A stretch of DNA of 61,797 nucleotides, the filler included, from Choristocarpus tenellus KU-1152 (taxonomy: Eukaryota; Protista; Phaeophyceae), in assembly GCA_964200185.2 (NCBI GenBank). It is 8 parts of 8 records of this genome, joined end to end, with 100 filler letters (N's around TTAATTAATTAA, not from the genome) between each part and the next. Parts side by side here need not be neighbours in the genome. Positions count along the whole stretch, not along the records: positions 19,632 to 30,135 come from CAXNAD020002887.1; positions 30,236 to 34,229 come from CAXNAD020016761.1; positions 34,330 to 40,926 come from CAXNAD020007788.1; 5 more parts are not named here. The stretch is one strand, 5' to 3'. The notes below the pieces were generated by a model, which did not search any database, had not been told where the DNA came from, and was given only the letters and a program-made list of their open reading frames with translations. The translations under genes were made by a program, and so were the position numbers. Shown here piece by piece: positions 23,101-35,095 of this stretch; the first letter of the stretch is position 1; the number at the start of each line of letters is the position of its first letter.

Positions 23101-26100
23101 CAGTTCGTAGCTACGTACATATAGCTGTGAATCTAGTGGAAACATAGATACTACATTTATTGGTATCATCTAGCCTGCTTTCAAGGCAATCTATTTCCCA
23201 GCTGCCCTCCCATCCAGATAGCCATCGTACCCAGCCATCTGTTATGGTGTGATTTCAGTTAACTGCAACCCTACCATGGGAAAAAATATCCCAGGAACTC
23301 ACTGGAGATGAAAACAAAGCAACTCCACATTCAAGCAAGCAACAGTGTTATCAATAGAGGCAAGGTGGGGAAGGCTAATGTCCTTCTAACAGCAAGGGAA
23401 GCTCAGCGTTTGACAGAAGCCAAGGTGAGCACACACCACTGTATGGACAACTACCCGTGTCCTGCCAGTAGGTTCTGGAGAGTTGATGTAGTATATACTG
23501 CCTAATATCTTCACTTCTGAGTGTGGGGGGGTTCTGCTGTTATAGAAGGTATTCATACACTTAGTTTGCAAACTGAGCTCTCAATAACTCCACAAGCAGT
23601 ACATCTTGACATAGAGAGTGGTCCAGTATTGGTGGAGAGGTAACAGTGACTTGAGTTCCCCATCAACTTTTTTTCACCATTTTTGGTGGATAATGCCTTT
23701 CCACTGTCAAGGCAAAACCTAGTTTTCAGAGGTGAGCCTACAATACAGCAATATTACTCTCTGGTGAAAATCTTTCAGTGAAAAATGCCCGCTGGTTTGT
23801 TACCCCCAGGACACATGCATACTAGCCTCATAGTCATTGCAGCCCATTGCTTTGTGACATACTTAGAAAATACCAAGTTAACAGTACTTGAGATTGGTTT
23901 GGAGTCCCACCCCATCCTCCAACCCCCACCCCCCATTCTCTACCTAAACATTCAAGGCTGGCCAGCTTGCAGATGAGGTATCTCATGGACTGTTGCAGTC
24001 AACAGATACTGTGATATCCTCCAATGATGCTGTCACACCACTGACATTGAAAGTTGGGTTTGACAGCATAGAAAGCCCCTGCAGTGGCTTGAGCAGTGGC
24101 ATGATGGGCCTCTTGTCGCCCAACACCTTAATGGAGGAGGCATTTCATCATGATGATGACCTGTTCCCCATCCTACCGGAGAGCAGGGCTTCATCGAGTA
24201 GCACTACTTACACCAACACTACTGCCTCCAGCTCTCCTTCCCCTTGCCCCCCACCCACCCATGAAAGTACACCCGCCCTTGCCCCCTCTCCAAGCCCAGT
24301 GAGAGCATCCAAACGTGAGGTACTTGTTGCCTGCCGCCTGCGCAGAGAGGGGCATAGTCCCACATTCGACCAGGCATCAGGATCAGGCAAGACTCCTCTA
24401 AACCAGGGGTTGGTGCAGACTAGGAGAGAGGCAGACATTGCTGCTAATTCAAGGCTGAGTGGAGAGACAGGGAGAGGAGTAAAAGATCAAGTTGAACGAC
24501 CAACGGAGGTTATGCCACTGTACAGTTGCCACAGTGGGTGCCCAAAGATCACTGTGGATGCTAGCAATGGTGAAGTGCATGGTGCAGGCAGTGGTATCTG
24601 CTGTCAACACCTTCCTACCTCCACCCCAGCCAAGGATGCCTGTTTGGGTAAGGACCAGATCCGGCACATTAGAGATAATGGCAATAGCCACAACCACGGA
24701 GATGGGCAACACCCTCCCTGGTCCCAGAGTCTCCTGGATGCCGGAAAGAAGAGTATTGAGGGTACTCAGACCCTAACCCTTGTTCTGGGATCCGGTCCAG
24801 GATTCCCAGGAGCAGGGACCACAGTTGAGACATCGGCTCAGCACCAAAGCACCCAATCTGAGAATAGTAGCACCCAGAGCAGACTGACTTCAACATCTCT
24901 CACCACAGAGGAGGTGTTGAATATCACAGCCCCCCCTCAGTTCACAGGCAGTCAGGTGTGCACAGGCAGTCAAAAGACCCAAGCACAACCCCGCTCAACA
25001 CATCCATGCACTGCCCCACGACTCTGGGGGCCCCTGAAGGGCAATGCCCTACGACTAACATTAGGCAGCCCTGAGGGCCATCTGTCCACAGATGGAGAGG
25101 GTCACTCTTCCATAAGTAAGAGCGTCCAGGCCAAGCTCTTTCCTCGAGGGGTAGGCCAGACATGCCCCAACCATGTGCATGGATCTCACTCCCCTTCTGA
25201 TGGGGTTATGGGAGTGCAGGGAGGAGCATCAGCACTGACACACACTGATACACCTGCAGCTACCCCCAGGGAAGGAAACGGCCATCATCACAGCCACCTC
25301 GCTGGTGCTGGAGGGAGAAAGGCAAGGCCTCACCACTCTCCTGGGTCTAGTAGAGAGTCAGCCCAAGGTACAGGAAGAGTCACAGGGGATGTAAGGGTCT
25401 CTGTGCCCATGACCTCTCCTGGATGGAAAGATTTATTCAATGTGGTATCACCAGTCCCATCTGCCAGGACCCATTCAGGAACCCCATACTCAGTGTCCAG
25501 GGTTTGTGATGGTGAAATAGGAGCAGGAATGCCAGGGTGGGTGGGTGGGGGTGTGAATAGGGATGGGACAGGTAATGGAGGCAGGAATGAAAAGCACCAA
25601 TGTAGTTGTGAAGGCTCTACTTTCGATAGATTCTCTCTGGCTGGCCAGCAGGTGGCTCAAGGGGAGGCGGCCAGCACACCTTGCAAGCATGAATGGCACA
25701 CCCCGATGAAGACCTTTCCTGGTACACAGCACCAAGGCACTGATCTCAAATGTGCTACTCCTCCTGGTGTCCCAGCCCCTCACTGCAGCACTCCCTGCAG
25801 TGGGAGCAAATACCGGAGCTGCCAGGAGGGAGAGGAGAGTGACTATGATGACTATGATGAGGTGAGTTTCTTCCTCGGGAAATGGAGGGTGAGGAACCAT
25901 AAACAACAAGGCTCAGGCCCTTACATTTCACTCTTTCAACACATCTACACACACCTGTCTGTCACACCTGATTTGTTCTTTTTCACACAGCTTCAAGCAC
26001 ACTACTTTGTTGTGTGATCTGATTTTACTGAATGAGGTGTGAAGGAAAAAGCAATTTCGAAATTAAATGACTTGATTCAAGAACTGTTGTGAATCAAAAG

Positions 26101-26893
26101 CTTTTACGAGCATAAGTTGAACCAGCAAAAAAAAAATCAGTGTGCTCAATTATAATCAAGATATGTAGCAATCAAATTAAATTGTCAAGGTCCGTGGTCA
26201 ATTAGTGCAGTCCTCATTCACGCAAAAAATATCAATTGAAACCCACCCCTTTATTTTTCTGTTTTTATTAATTGCAGTTTAATCAAATCATAATGACTCA
26301 CTTGCTACAATCCACAGCTCTACAATCAAGTGGACTTTGAATTCTTAGACCGCCAACAAGCAGCGTCCAAGGACCAGGGTCCTTGCTAGCAATTGTTCCC
26401 AAATTCTGGGCATAATCCCCTGAATGACAATTCACATATACAGGCCTTTCTGTTTGTGCCACCTCAGTACCAGTATTGTTTGTCTCTTTGCCCATTTTTG
26501 CCCCCTGGAGGTAGTGCACGTGGTGAGAGATGAATTTAGTGATTAAATGAGCAGACAATACTCAGTAGAGAGCTTACAAAAGCCTAACCCAAATTATATT
26601 CCCTTGACCATCTGTGATGCCATTGCATTAGGTGTTGTAACCCCCACTTACTTTTAAATTCCTTTTGTTCAATATAAAGACCTGAACTCTATGATTGTTC
26701 TCACTGTGGTTATGTCATACAGTACTGTGCAGCCAAGCCCACGCCAGCAAAGATACTTGGATGGACATCACCAAGCAATGGTCAAGCTAAGATAGCTGAA
26801 GCACTCACACACCCTAGTGCCTCAAAACGCCTCTTTACAGAGGACAAAACTAGTATGACCTTGAGTCAAATGGTGACATGCCAACCTCATTAG
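20136..26893 (+). CDS. Three-repeat (R1R2R3) MYB transcription factor with long low-complexity C-terminus
   Basis: Exons 20136-20156, 20267-20422, 20616-20719, 21164-21292, 21707-21925, 22203-22904, ~23295-23424, ~23957-25861 and ~26723-26893. R1 WSKSKDAHLARLVQEHGTKDW..CMNHW; R2 KGSWTPEEDEKM..GRVGKQCRERWNNHL; R3 [34 protein letters not shown]. Start codon and C-terminal exons are less certain. Confidence 0.92.
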
Positions 26894-28284
26894 TGGGGGA
26901 AAAGGGGGATACACATGGCTGTGGCTGAACCAGGTCACATTGAGATTAATCTCCACGCACATGATGTTGCACCTGTTTCCTCAACATCCTCTCCATGGAG
27001 GGCCTAGGCTTAGCATTGATATTGATCAGCTGACTGGCATATTGTTCTTAGTATTACTATTTCAGCATGGTTGCATTTTATTCTGTTAAAAAGGATACTG
27101 TAACATAGATTATCACATTCATGTATAGGAGAAGGATGTGAGCACACTGGTAGGATACTAGTGGAACCACCTTATGTAGACCTGCATGGCCTATTGGGTC
27201 TGTATTGGAGGTAGGCACATTGGGTGGATTAGCTGCATGTCACTCATTGTGGGAAATATGTAAAGGGGGTTGAGGTATGTTTTATTTGGGACTTGAAGAG
27301 AGCACAGAACACCGAACAGGATGGAATGCCAAGTCACCTGTTGAATATATTGACTGGAGTCATTCTGGTTGTGCAAGTAGCGTTCCTCAAAGAGATAGTA
27401 ACTTTTAGTCAATCATGTGTATGGTATATTTTGGGCGTTTTAACGTGACACACAGATGCAAGAGAACATGCTTTGTGTGAAGACAAGGAGTGGATGGTGC
27501 TTGTGAACCAGCAGGAGGTAGGGAATAGGGAATAGAAAAGAGGTTACAACTTTACCCACATTCCTCATTGGTAGCAGATACGCTTTCAATCTGTAGTGAT
27601 TAGGGCATGTAAACAACCCTGAGAGACATGCCAGGAGGGTGTGGTTTCTGGGACTATTAATGGTTTCTCCAGGTCTGTGTAGAGGTCTTGTAGACATAAA
27701 TGGCATAGACTTGCCTCTCTTCTGACCCTTTGGTCCCACCACAGTGTAAGAAATCATGAAGCAGTGAATCACATATATAAATACAATCTCTTCTACACTC
27801 CTTTTTTAATGTCCTGAATCAAAGGCAATTTTGTGTGTCTTGCATTCATAGAACACTCATTTTTCTACTTTGTCCAAAGAATATTTTTCGTGGCATGATG
27901 GTGGTTAGCTATGCACGTTTTAATTTCCCATGTATGGAGTGCACAGCCCCACATTTGATTGTTGTGGAACACTTCAACGTGTGATGTTGAGTTGCAGAGG
28001 TCAAAGTATTTTTGTGTGGAACATGACGATAGAGGAATGTTAGTCGCCCACTTCTCACTCGGGTTCCTTGTTCTAACTAATTCTGATGTATGTTGTTGAG
28101 AACCTTGCTGTCAACTTTGTGCCAGGGATGTCTTGTTATCACAGTGAATGATAAAAAGCGCATTTCATTTATATTTTGCAACTGCTGCATATTTTTTATG
28201 GTATGTACTTAAAAGGTACACAATTGTACTCCAACTCAAGGGTGGGCATTGTGGCATTTTGCATAGTGGCTGTTCTCTATGATC

Positions 28285-29525
28285 CTACGTTCCTAGTGCT
28301 ATTGAGGCTGTAGGATCACTGATTGCAGCAGCAACCCCTGCTGCTTCCACTGCTGACACTTGTTGGTCCTTCCCTGTTGCTGCCACGGGATCCAGAGCAA
28401 AGTCTGCAACCCTTTCCTGAAGAGAACATAAATAAAGGTATTGAAACATTTTAAAAACAAGATTTCACGTATCATTTTTATTTAATACTATTATTCACAC
28501 TGATCTGAGGGTACCAGACCTGTGGTCAAAAGGTAGTGAACAGCTCATGCACACCATTTGGAACTTTGGGATACACATAAACAACAGAATAAAATACAGA
28601 AAACCGGTGGAAAAGAAGGGTAAGAAAGGAAGAGAAGAGAGAGGAAAGTCAAAAGGACTCACTGGATCTACCACACCAACAAAGTAGTAACACCTATAAT
28701 ACAATCGCCACTCAAGGAAGTGATGGATGATATTTACATGACTGGCAGTCCTACATCTCTAGCATGAGGAGAGAGTCAAAGTAAATGAGAGGTACCCCCA
28801 GGTTTTGGCCGTTTTGCATTCTAAGTCTGTTTTTCAATCTTTTGCAATTCACCCATATTTCTATGGATAAAGTTATAAGTTTGACTTGAGAACATTTATT
28901 TCTCTATTGTTGGAAAAATTCTGACACAACTCAGAAAATATCCTGTAGAGATTTGTAGGGAAAAGCCAAACCTTGCACATTTTTTTGTCAGCATCCTTAA
29001 AAATGCTACCTCTCGTTTACTTTGAGTCAGAAGTCTGTCGTGCTCGTGAGTGGAGAAATCACACACACACACACAACAGCATAGTTAGGAGATCAATTTA
29101 TCAAACTCGACATTTTTGGGGGTGGAAGGCTCTTCCTACTACGATCGAGGAAAAACAAGAACAACAACAACAACAAGAACAACAACAGTAACAACAACAG
29201 TAACAACAACAAAGAAAACAGGGGGGATGGATTGCAAACGAACAAAATTTGAAATTAAAATCTTGCTGTTGAGTGGGGGACTATGCGTCCATTCAATGCG
29301 GTCAGGGAAAGCATGCTGCCCACCAACAACAACAAAAAGCAGTGCAAAGTATTGAGAGTAGTTAAGACTAGCCATTGATACCTTTTTGTCATGGATACGC
29401 TTCATTCGTATCTCTCGTAAGCGCTGTCGGTTTTGTAGCCTCCGTGTGTGCTCCAACTCTGCGACCTCCTGAGCTTGCCTTGCAGCTGCGGCCATATCTG
29501 CTGCATATGTGGCACTGTCCTCTCC
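28285..29525 (-). CDS. Hypothetical protein, last two exons (charged, coiled-coil-like)
   Basis: Exon 29525-29382 (GEDSATYAADMAAAARQAQEVAELEHTRRLQNRQRLREIRMKRIHDKK) and exon 28416-28285 (ERVADFALD...ALGT*) join in phase 0 at canonical sites. Confidence 0.6.
28773..29028 (+). mobile_element. MITE family D, complete, TSD AGA, intronic
   Basis: 22-bp TIRs GAGTCAAAGTAAATGAGAGGTA / TACCTCTCGTTTACTTTGAGTC. Confidence 0.9.
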
Positions 29526-29938
29526 CTGGGGCGAGGTCAAGAGGTACATGTATGTTAAAGACTAACTGGGAGATGGATGCACACGGTTGTTTTTTCCCCT
29601 TCAGCTCCTCCCTCGAGAAATTGATGATGATGCGTGATAACAGCAAAAGTGTACTGTAAGTACTCATAGAGATTGATTGCCTGACAAGAGTAGTTAGTAG
29701 TCATGATTTACCATCAGCAAGTGGAAAAGTAAAATTCAGAGTTAACCTGTGGTGATGGGTTTAAGTTCACAATATTATTCATAGCACAACTTGTTGCAAT
29801 TATTCACCAGGTTTGTTGAGAGGACTATAGTGTCTTGTGCCTTATGAATATATCCACACAAAACCAAGGATGACTTGTAACTAATAAGAACGCTATATTT
29901 TTTATTTGAGTAATGTCTCCTCCTCCTGTACACCTCCT

Positions 29939-30135
29939 GAGTCAAACGTATCTGGGAGGGGTGGCGGCTGTCCATTCGGGGGCAATTTTTCACATCGTGA
30001 TTTTAGGGTGATTTGGTTGCATACATCGAATGGATAATATAAATACACTTTTCCTGATATTGGTCCAAATGGACACCCTGACGTAGACCTCCCCCCCCCC
30101 CCCCCCCCCCCCCCACCCCCCCACCCCCCCCCACC
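29939..30135 (+). mobile_element. MITE family B running into the contig end (poly-C)
   Basis: Colinear with 39826-40008. Confidence 0.85.
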
Positions 30136-30473
30136 NNNNNNNNNNNNNNNNNNNNNNNNNNNNNNNNNNNNNNNNNNNNTTAATTAATTAANNNNNNNNN
30201 NNNNNNNNNNNNNNNNNNNNNNNNNNNNNNNNNNNCCCCCCAAGATACCTTGACCCCGAAGTAACTTGGATGACGTGTGCTATGATGTTCCTGTGTGTGA
30301 TGTGGATCAACTGAATATCAACTGATGCTATGCTTCTATCTACTGTCATCGATGCGATGATGAGTTGGAATGCGCAATAAATAAATGAACACTAACAACC
30401 AGTGCAGTGCACCAATCAACAGTCAGTACAAGCTGGTAGTATGTGTATCATGTCAACAAGGAACAAATGAGTA

Positions 30474-30628
30474 GCCTATGTTTCAACATATGTTATGAAA
30501 AGGTGTGTCCAGAACAATGATATTGACATTTCGTAACAAAAATGATAGCCAAAATTTCATCAAAATCGGAAAGTTAGATCTTGGCCCCCAAATGGACGCG
30601 ACTATACCCTCTAAGATACTTTGACGCT
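30474..30628 (-). mobile_element. MITE family A, partial (further A ends at 34190-34229 and 45920-45960)
   Basis: CCCCCAAATGGACGCGACTATACCCTCTAAGATACTTTGAC terminus. Confidence 0.8.
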
Positions 30629-31576
30629 ATCATAGGAACCCCTGTAAAGTAGCAGTCGTCGCAAATGTGAAACACGTCTTTCCATAGCCTATTTACTACT
30701 TGACTACCAGCTATGCCACACCACTCCCCTCCTATGCCTCCAACCTAACTTAACCCTACGCCATAGACCACATCTGCAAAATGTCAGAGGGAAAAATAAT
30801 AAATTTATACGATATTGTGTCCTTTCACACTTTCCAGTTATGTCAGGAAAAAAAAACTTTGTCACAAGGACTGCCTTAGTATAACAGTGGTAATTGTCGT
30901 CTTGCTATTCTCCTTGTATATTGTTTATAAAATATTCCATGAATGCCCTGGCCTTGCGTACAACGGATGCCCTATGGTTCACATACACTTCACGTGTCTC
31001 TTGTCTCTTTTTTCTTGACCAAAGATATGAGTTAGCGACTTTTTGCCTTGTTTCACGACCTTGACAGCTATATCGCTGTGTCGAAAATGTTGATATAGGA
31101 ATGTTTTGGTGCACTCGGTTTCGCAGTAGAATTTAGTGGTGCCATGAGAAAATGACAAGCAATCCTGAGTAATTACCACCTCATGGACTGAGCCTTACAG
31201 GTTAAATGTTTTTTGTTCGTGTGTGGTACTGTCGTGGTTGTGTGGATTGATGGAGTAGAGACCATCATACGTGGATATACTATGTACACAACAGGGTTTC
31301 CACACATATTGAAAGATGCTCCCAGCAGAAGAGACCTAACAAACTCCGTTCTTTGTCTACCCTGCAGTGGAGAATCTCGATTCTCTATCCGTCACCCGAG
31401 ATCTTTGTTCTTGACCAATCTTTGGTGAGGGGGAACATAGATTCTTCTACATAAACATTATTTTCCGATCACAACTCAGCATCCGCCTAACGTACAGCGT
31501 AGTGCAGTGACCGACGAATGTTGGGCACCTACAGTGTAGGTTGTATGAACGAGTATGAAGTAGGATGAATGACCTA

Positions 31577-32657
31577 CGTTTGACCGGATTTAGTTGTTGC
31601 ACAACTTGCCCATGTAGATCGCAGTCGCATATAGGGTTGTATTCAAACCCTCTGTTTTTGAGAGGTATCCTCAGTTCCTTCCTGTCCTTCCCACCTCATC
31701 TGAGCCCTTGAGACCACGGCACGGTGACTGTAGTTGCCACCCACATTCAGAGATCCGAGCCATTGATATTGGAAATGCTGGCATGAACTTTGCTCTACTT
31801 GTTGCTGCTGAGACCAGAATAATCTCGTTTGTAGTCTGCACTCGCAGACTAAGTTTAACAACTTCAAGTCTGGGAGTTTGCTGCTATACCTCATTCCTTC
31901 AGGGTTGAGAAACGGGAGATATTAGAAAGACGGGGGGTTCTTATCATGACAAGGAGTGGGACAGCAAACAAGGGCGATGGCAGAGAGTAATCAAGACCTT
32001 CCTAACACCTAGTATCTACTGTCCATGATTCTGAGTTAAAGTATCTTAGATGGTACGAGTTTTGCCTTGTTTGTCCATTTGGGGCTTGGCTTCCCATGGG
32101 TTCTTTTATTACATTCTCCTACTCAAAAATGTTTAGGAGTAGGTAAAGTATGTATGTTATGAAAAGGTGCATCTGGAACATGGATATTGACACTTCCTAA
32201 CGAACACCATACCCAAAATTACATCAAAATCGCAACATTGAATTATAGCCCCCAAATGGACGCGACTCTACCCTCTAAGATGCTTTGGCTCTCTGCTTCA
32301 GACTCTTGATGGGCTTGACAACAGTCGGGTTCGAAGGTCAAGCTCCCTGGTATTTCTAGATAACCACAGATGTAGCAAAATCGTACACTGCCTTCCCGGT
32401 CAAAATTACCCTCAGTTCGGCTCTGCCAGACCTGGTTCACCCATCTCTCAGAGTCCTGCCGTGCGATGCCTATGTCAATGGCTCAAATATCTGAGTGTGG
32501 GCGGTAACCAAAGTCACCGGGTCGTGGTGTCCACAGCCCAGAGAAGGCAAAAGACAGAAAGAATTAAGAGAATCTCAAAAAATTGAGGTTCAGAACAACC
32601 CTACATGGGCCCACGCACCTGCATTAGCAACATGAATATGGACAAATCCGGACAGAA
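31577..32657. mobile_element. Decayed long-TIR foldback element (~210-bp arms) containing a family A MITE
   Basis: 31577-31790 is a diverged reverse complement of 32445-32657 (e.g. reverse complement TCAATGGCTCGGATCTCTGAATGTGGGTGG vs TCAATGGCTCAAATATCTGAGTGTGGGCGG). Confidence 0.7.
32033..32291 (-). mobile_element. MITE family A, complete, TSD TCT
   Basis: TIRs GAGTTAAAGTATCTTAGA / TCTAAGATGCTTTGGCTC, flanked by TCT on both sides. Confidence 0.9.
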
Positions 32658-33464
32658 CACTAAACAGCAGGACAAGTAGATCCAGCTCAAGTCTGACACT
32701 TGAGTTGGAACAATAGACACAATGACCCAACGGACAAGGATCACTCTGTCGATTATTGAGATAGCAACATTCCACCGAGGCAGATAGTCGTGTGACTGCT
32801 TGTCCTGGTGGAAAAATATTATCTCAATGATTGACAAAACCATACGATGGGAAGCTACCCAGCATTATCCGTAAGCCATCACGCTATTGATCATGCCCTC
32901 TTCCCAAGGGGTCCATCTCAACCTTTGCATTTCTCATCGAACCTACACCCCAGACCCCTTCTCACAGTCTATAATTATCTTCCCAATACAGGGAGTTGGG
33001 AAAGCGGTCTATACGGGAATTCCATCCCAATAACCTATGATTTTCTTTACATCCCTGAGCAAGGTTGTCAATGAGGGATGGAAGAGAATCCTAGAAAGAT
33101 TATAAAATCGATGGAAATCCTGACAATAGTCTGGAGGTCTGACCAATGCCCAGCAAAGCTGAATCAACACCCACTGATCCAGAAAATATCCTAAAAAAGG
33201 AGACTCTCAACCAGAGAAGATGTTCCACTGGAGGCGTCCCTTGGATCAGCTCCCCACAATATTGCTACCTATTACTACAGGCAAAGTGATCGATGCCTGT
33301 AACTATCGTCATATTACTCTGCTCCACAATTACCTTCACTTTAGCCCGGGGACTAATCCAGCCCATGGTCAGAGGCAATGCACACTGCACTACTTCTCAT
33401 ACCAACTACTGTTGCATTATTGCGAGGATTTCTACTGACAATGTTTTTGTCTTGCTTCTCACAC

Positions 33465-34103
33465 CTTGGGTTCAACCATTCCGCCACTCATTGCTCCAAC
33501 TCCTCTCTCGAATCTTCCGCTGAACTGGGTCCATTGTTGCTTGGGAATGAAGCCTTGCCACCTCGTTCTTGCCCTACCTTTTGTGGTATAGCAATATAGA
33601 GGATAACGTACAGGTGCGCAATCCGTATAGTGCTTGTTGCTTCTTCTTCGGAAAATGGAAATCACCTTATCATAAACAGAAGTATAGTGTTTATAGGGTT
33701 TGAACCACGAACATTATACTGGGAATAGCCTCCATTAACCTACTATTGAGTCACAACGACGTTTCATGATATTATCCACTTACTATTACAATTGTTGGGG
33801 AATTTTTTATTACTCCCTAAAAAAATTACAGTGAGTACTAGTACAATTTTAACACATGCCTTTAAAAAGACATGTTAGGCAATAGGGCATATCATTTTGG
33901 GTTGATACAAATGTCGTTCTCGATTTTGTGCTCTAGGGCACTTTTGGGGTAATATTGGCACATATACGTGGACAGGCATGCCATACCAAAGGAGATAAGA
34001 GACCGGTTTGTGGTCATACATAAACACCCAAGTAGTGCCATTTCCGTGTACATCCTGCGCACTTTGACCATGTTGTGCGCAGCGAAAGGTCACTGTCTTA
34101 TTC
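33465..34103 (-). CDS. Possible internal exons of an unknown gene
   Basis: Candidate exons 34103-33987 and 33573-33465 join in phase (NKTVTFRCAQ...VSYLLWARTRWQGFIPKQQW...EPK). No domain recognised. Confidence 0.3.
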
Positions 34104-35095
34104 CTGCAGTCGCACCGGGACAACCACACTTACTTCACTGGTCGTACGTGTAGGTATGGACACTACCTTAGTGGAATTTGTGGCACCTTGAGCCGAAGTA
34201 TCTTTGAGGGTAGAGCCGTGTCCATTTGGNNNNNNNNNNNNNNNNNNNNNNNNNNNNNNNNNNNNNNNNNNNNTTAATTAATTAANNNNNNNNNNNNNNN
34301 NNNNNNNNNNNNNNNNNNNNNNNNNNNNNCATCCTGGTGTAGACCCCCTCCCCCCCCCACCAGATACTTCGGGTCACTCAGGTCACCTATCACACACAAT
34401 TTGTTCTACCTACTTGAACATTCCATGTTAACTATGTGTGTTTTCTTGTCACTAAAGCAATGGTTCCAATGATAAAAATTATTCCCAACTCCGTCTACAC
34501 TTCCCCCTGCTTCCAAGTGAACTACTCTGCCTCATTTTGTTTTGATTTTTGTCAGAAATTGTGGAATCATTACCATGTTTTTATTAGAACATCTCGTTTG
34601 ACATAGAACCCCAATGCCGTACTCAGTTTCCAACTTTGACCCAAACCAGGGCACAAAAAGGAAGAGGTTGCCAAAAGGCACCCTCAATTTGACTCAAACA
34701 CACTGGGCAGTTTATAATTTTCTCTTGCAGAAATAGGAAACAAAGCCACAGAAAACGCAGGGGGGTGGACAAAAAAAGAAAATGCTCCATAAATCACGTT
34801 TTACAACTCAGCATCCTATATTTGTCTGCAAATGCATGACCTCTGGGTCATAATCCAAGAAAATCTATAAAAAACTCGGCAGATCCTGTGATGGACACTT
34901 CAATATGCCAAATCCTTGCCATGTGTGTTTCCCAATGACAAAGAAAGAACCACCAGCAAACAAAATTCTCCCAGGATCAATTGCATAGCAACTCATGTTT
35001 TGATCAACAGCTTATTAACTATCAACATTATAGTTTCTTTGACTGCTCGACAGAAATCAGTGATTCTATCCATCTAGAGTTCCTGCATCCCACAC

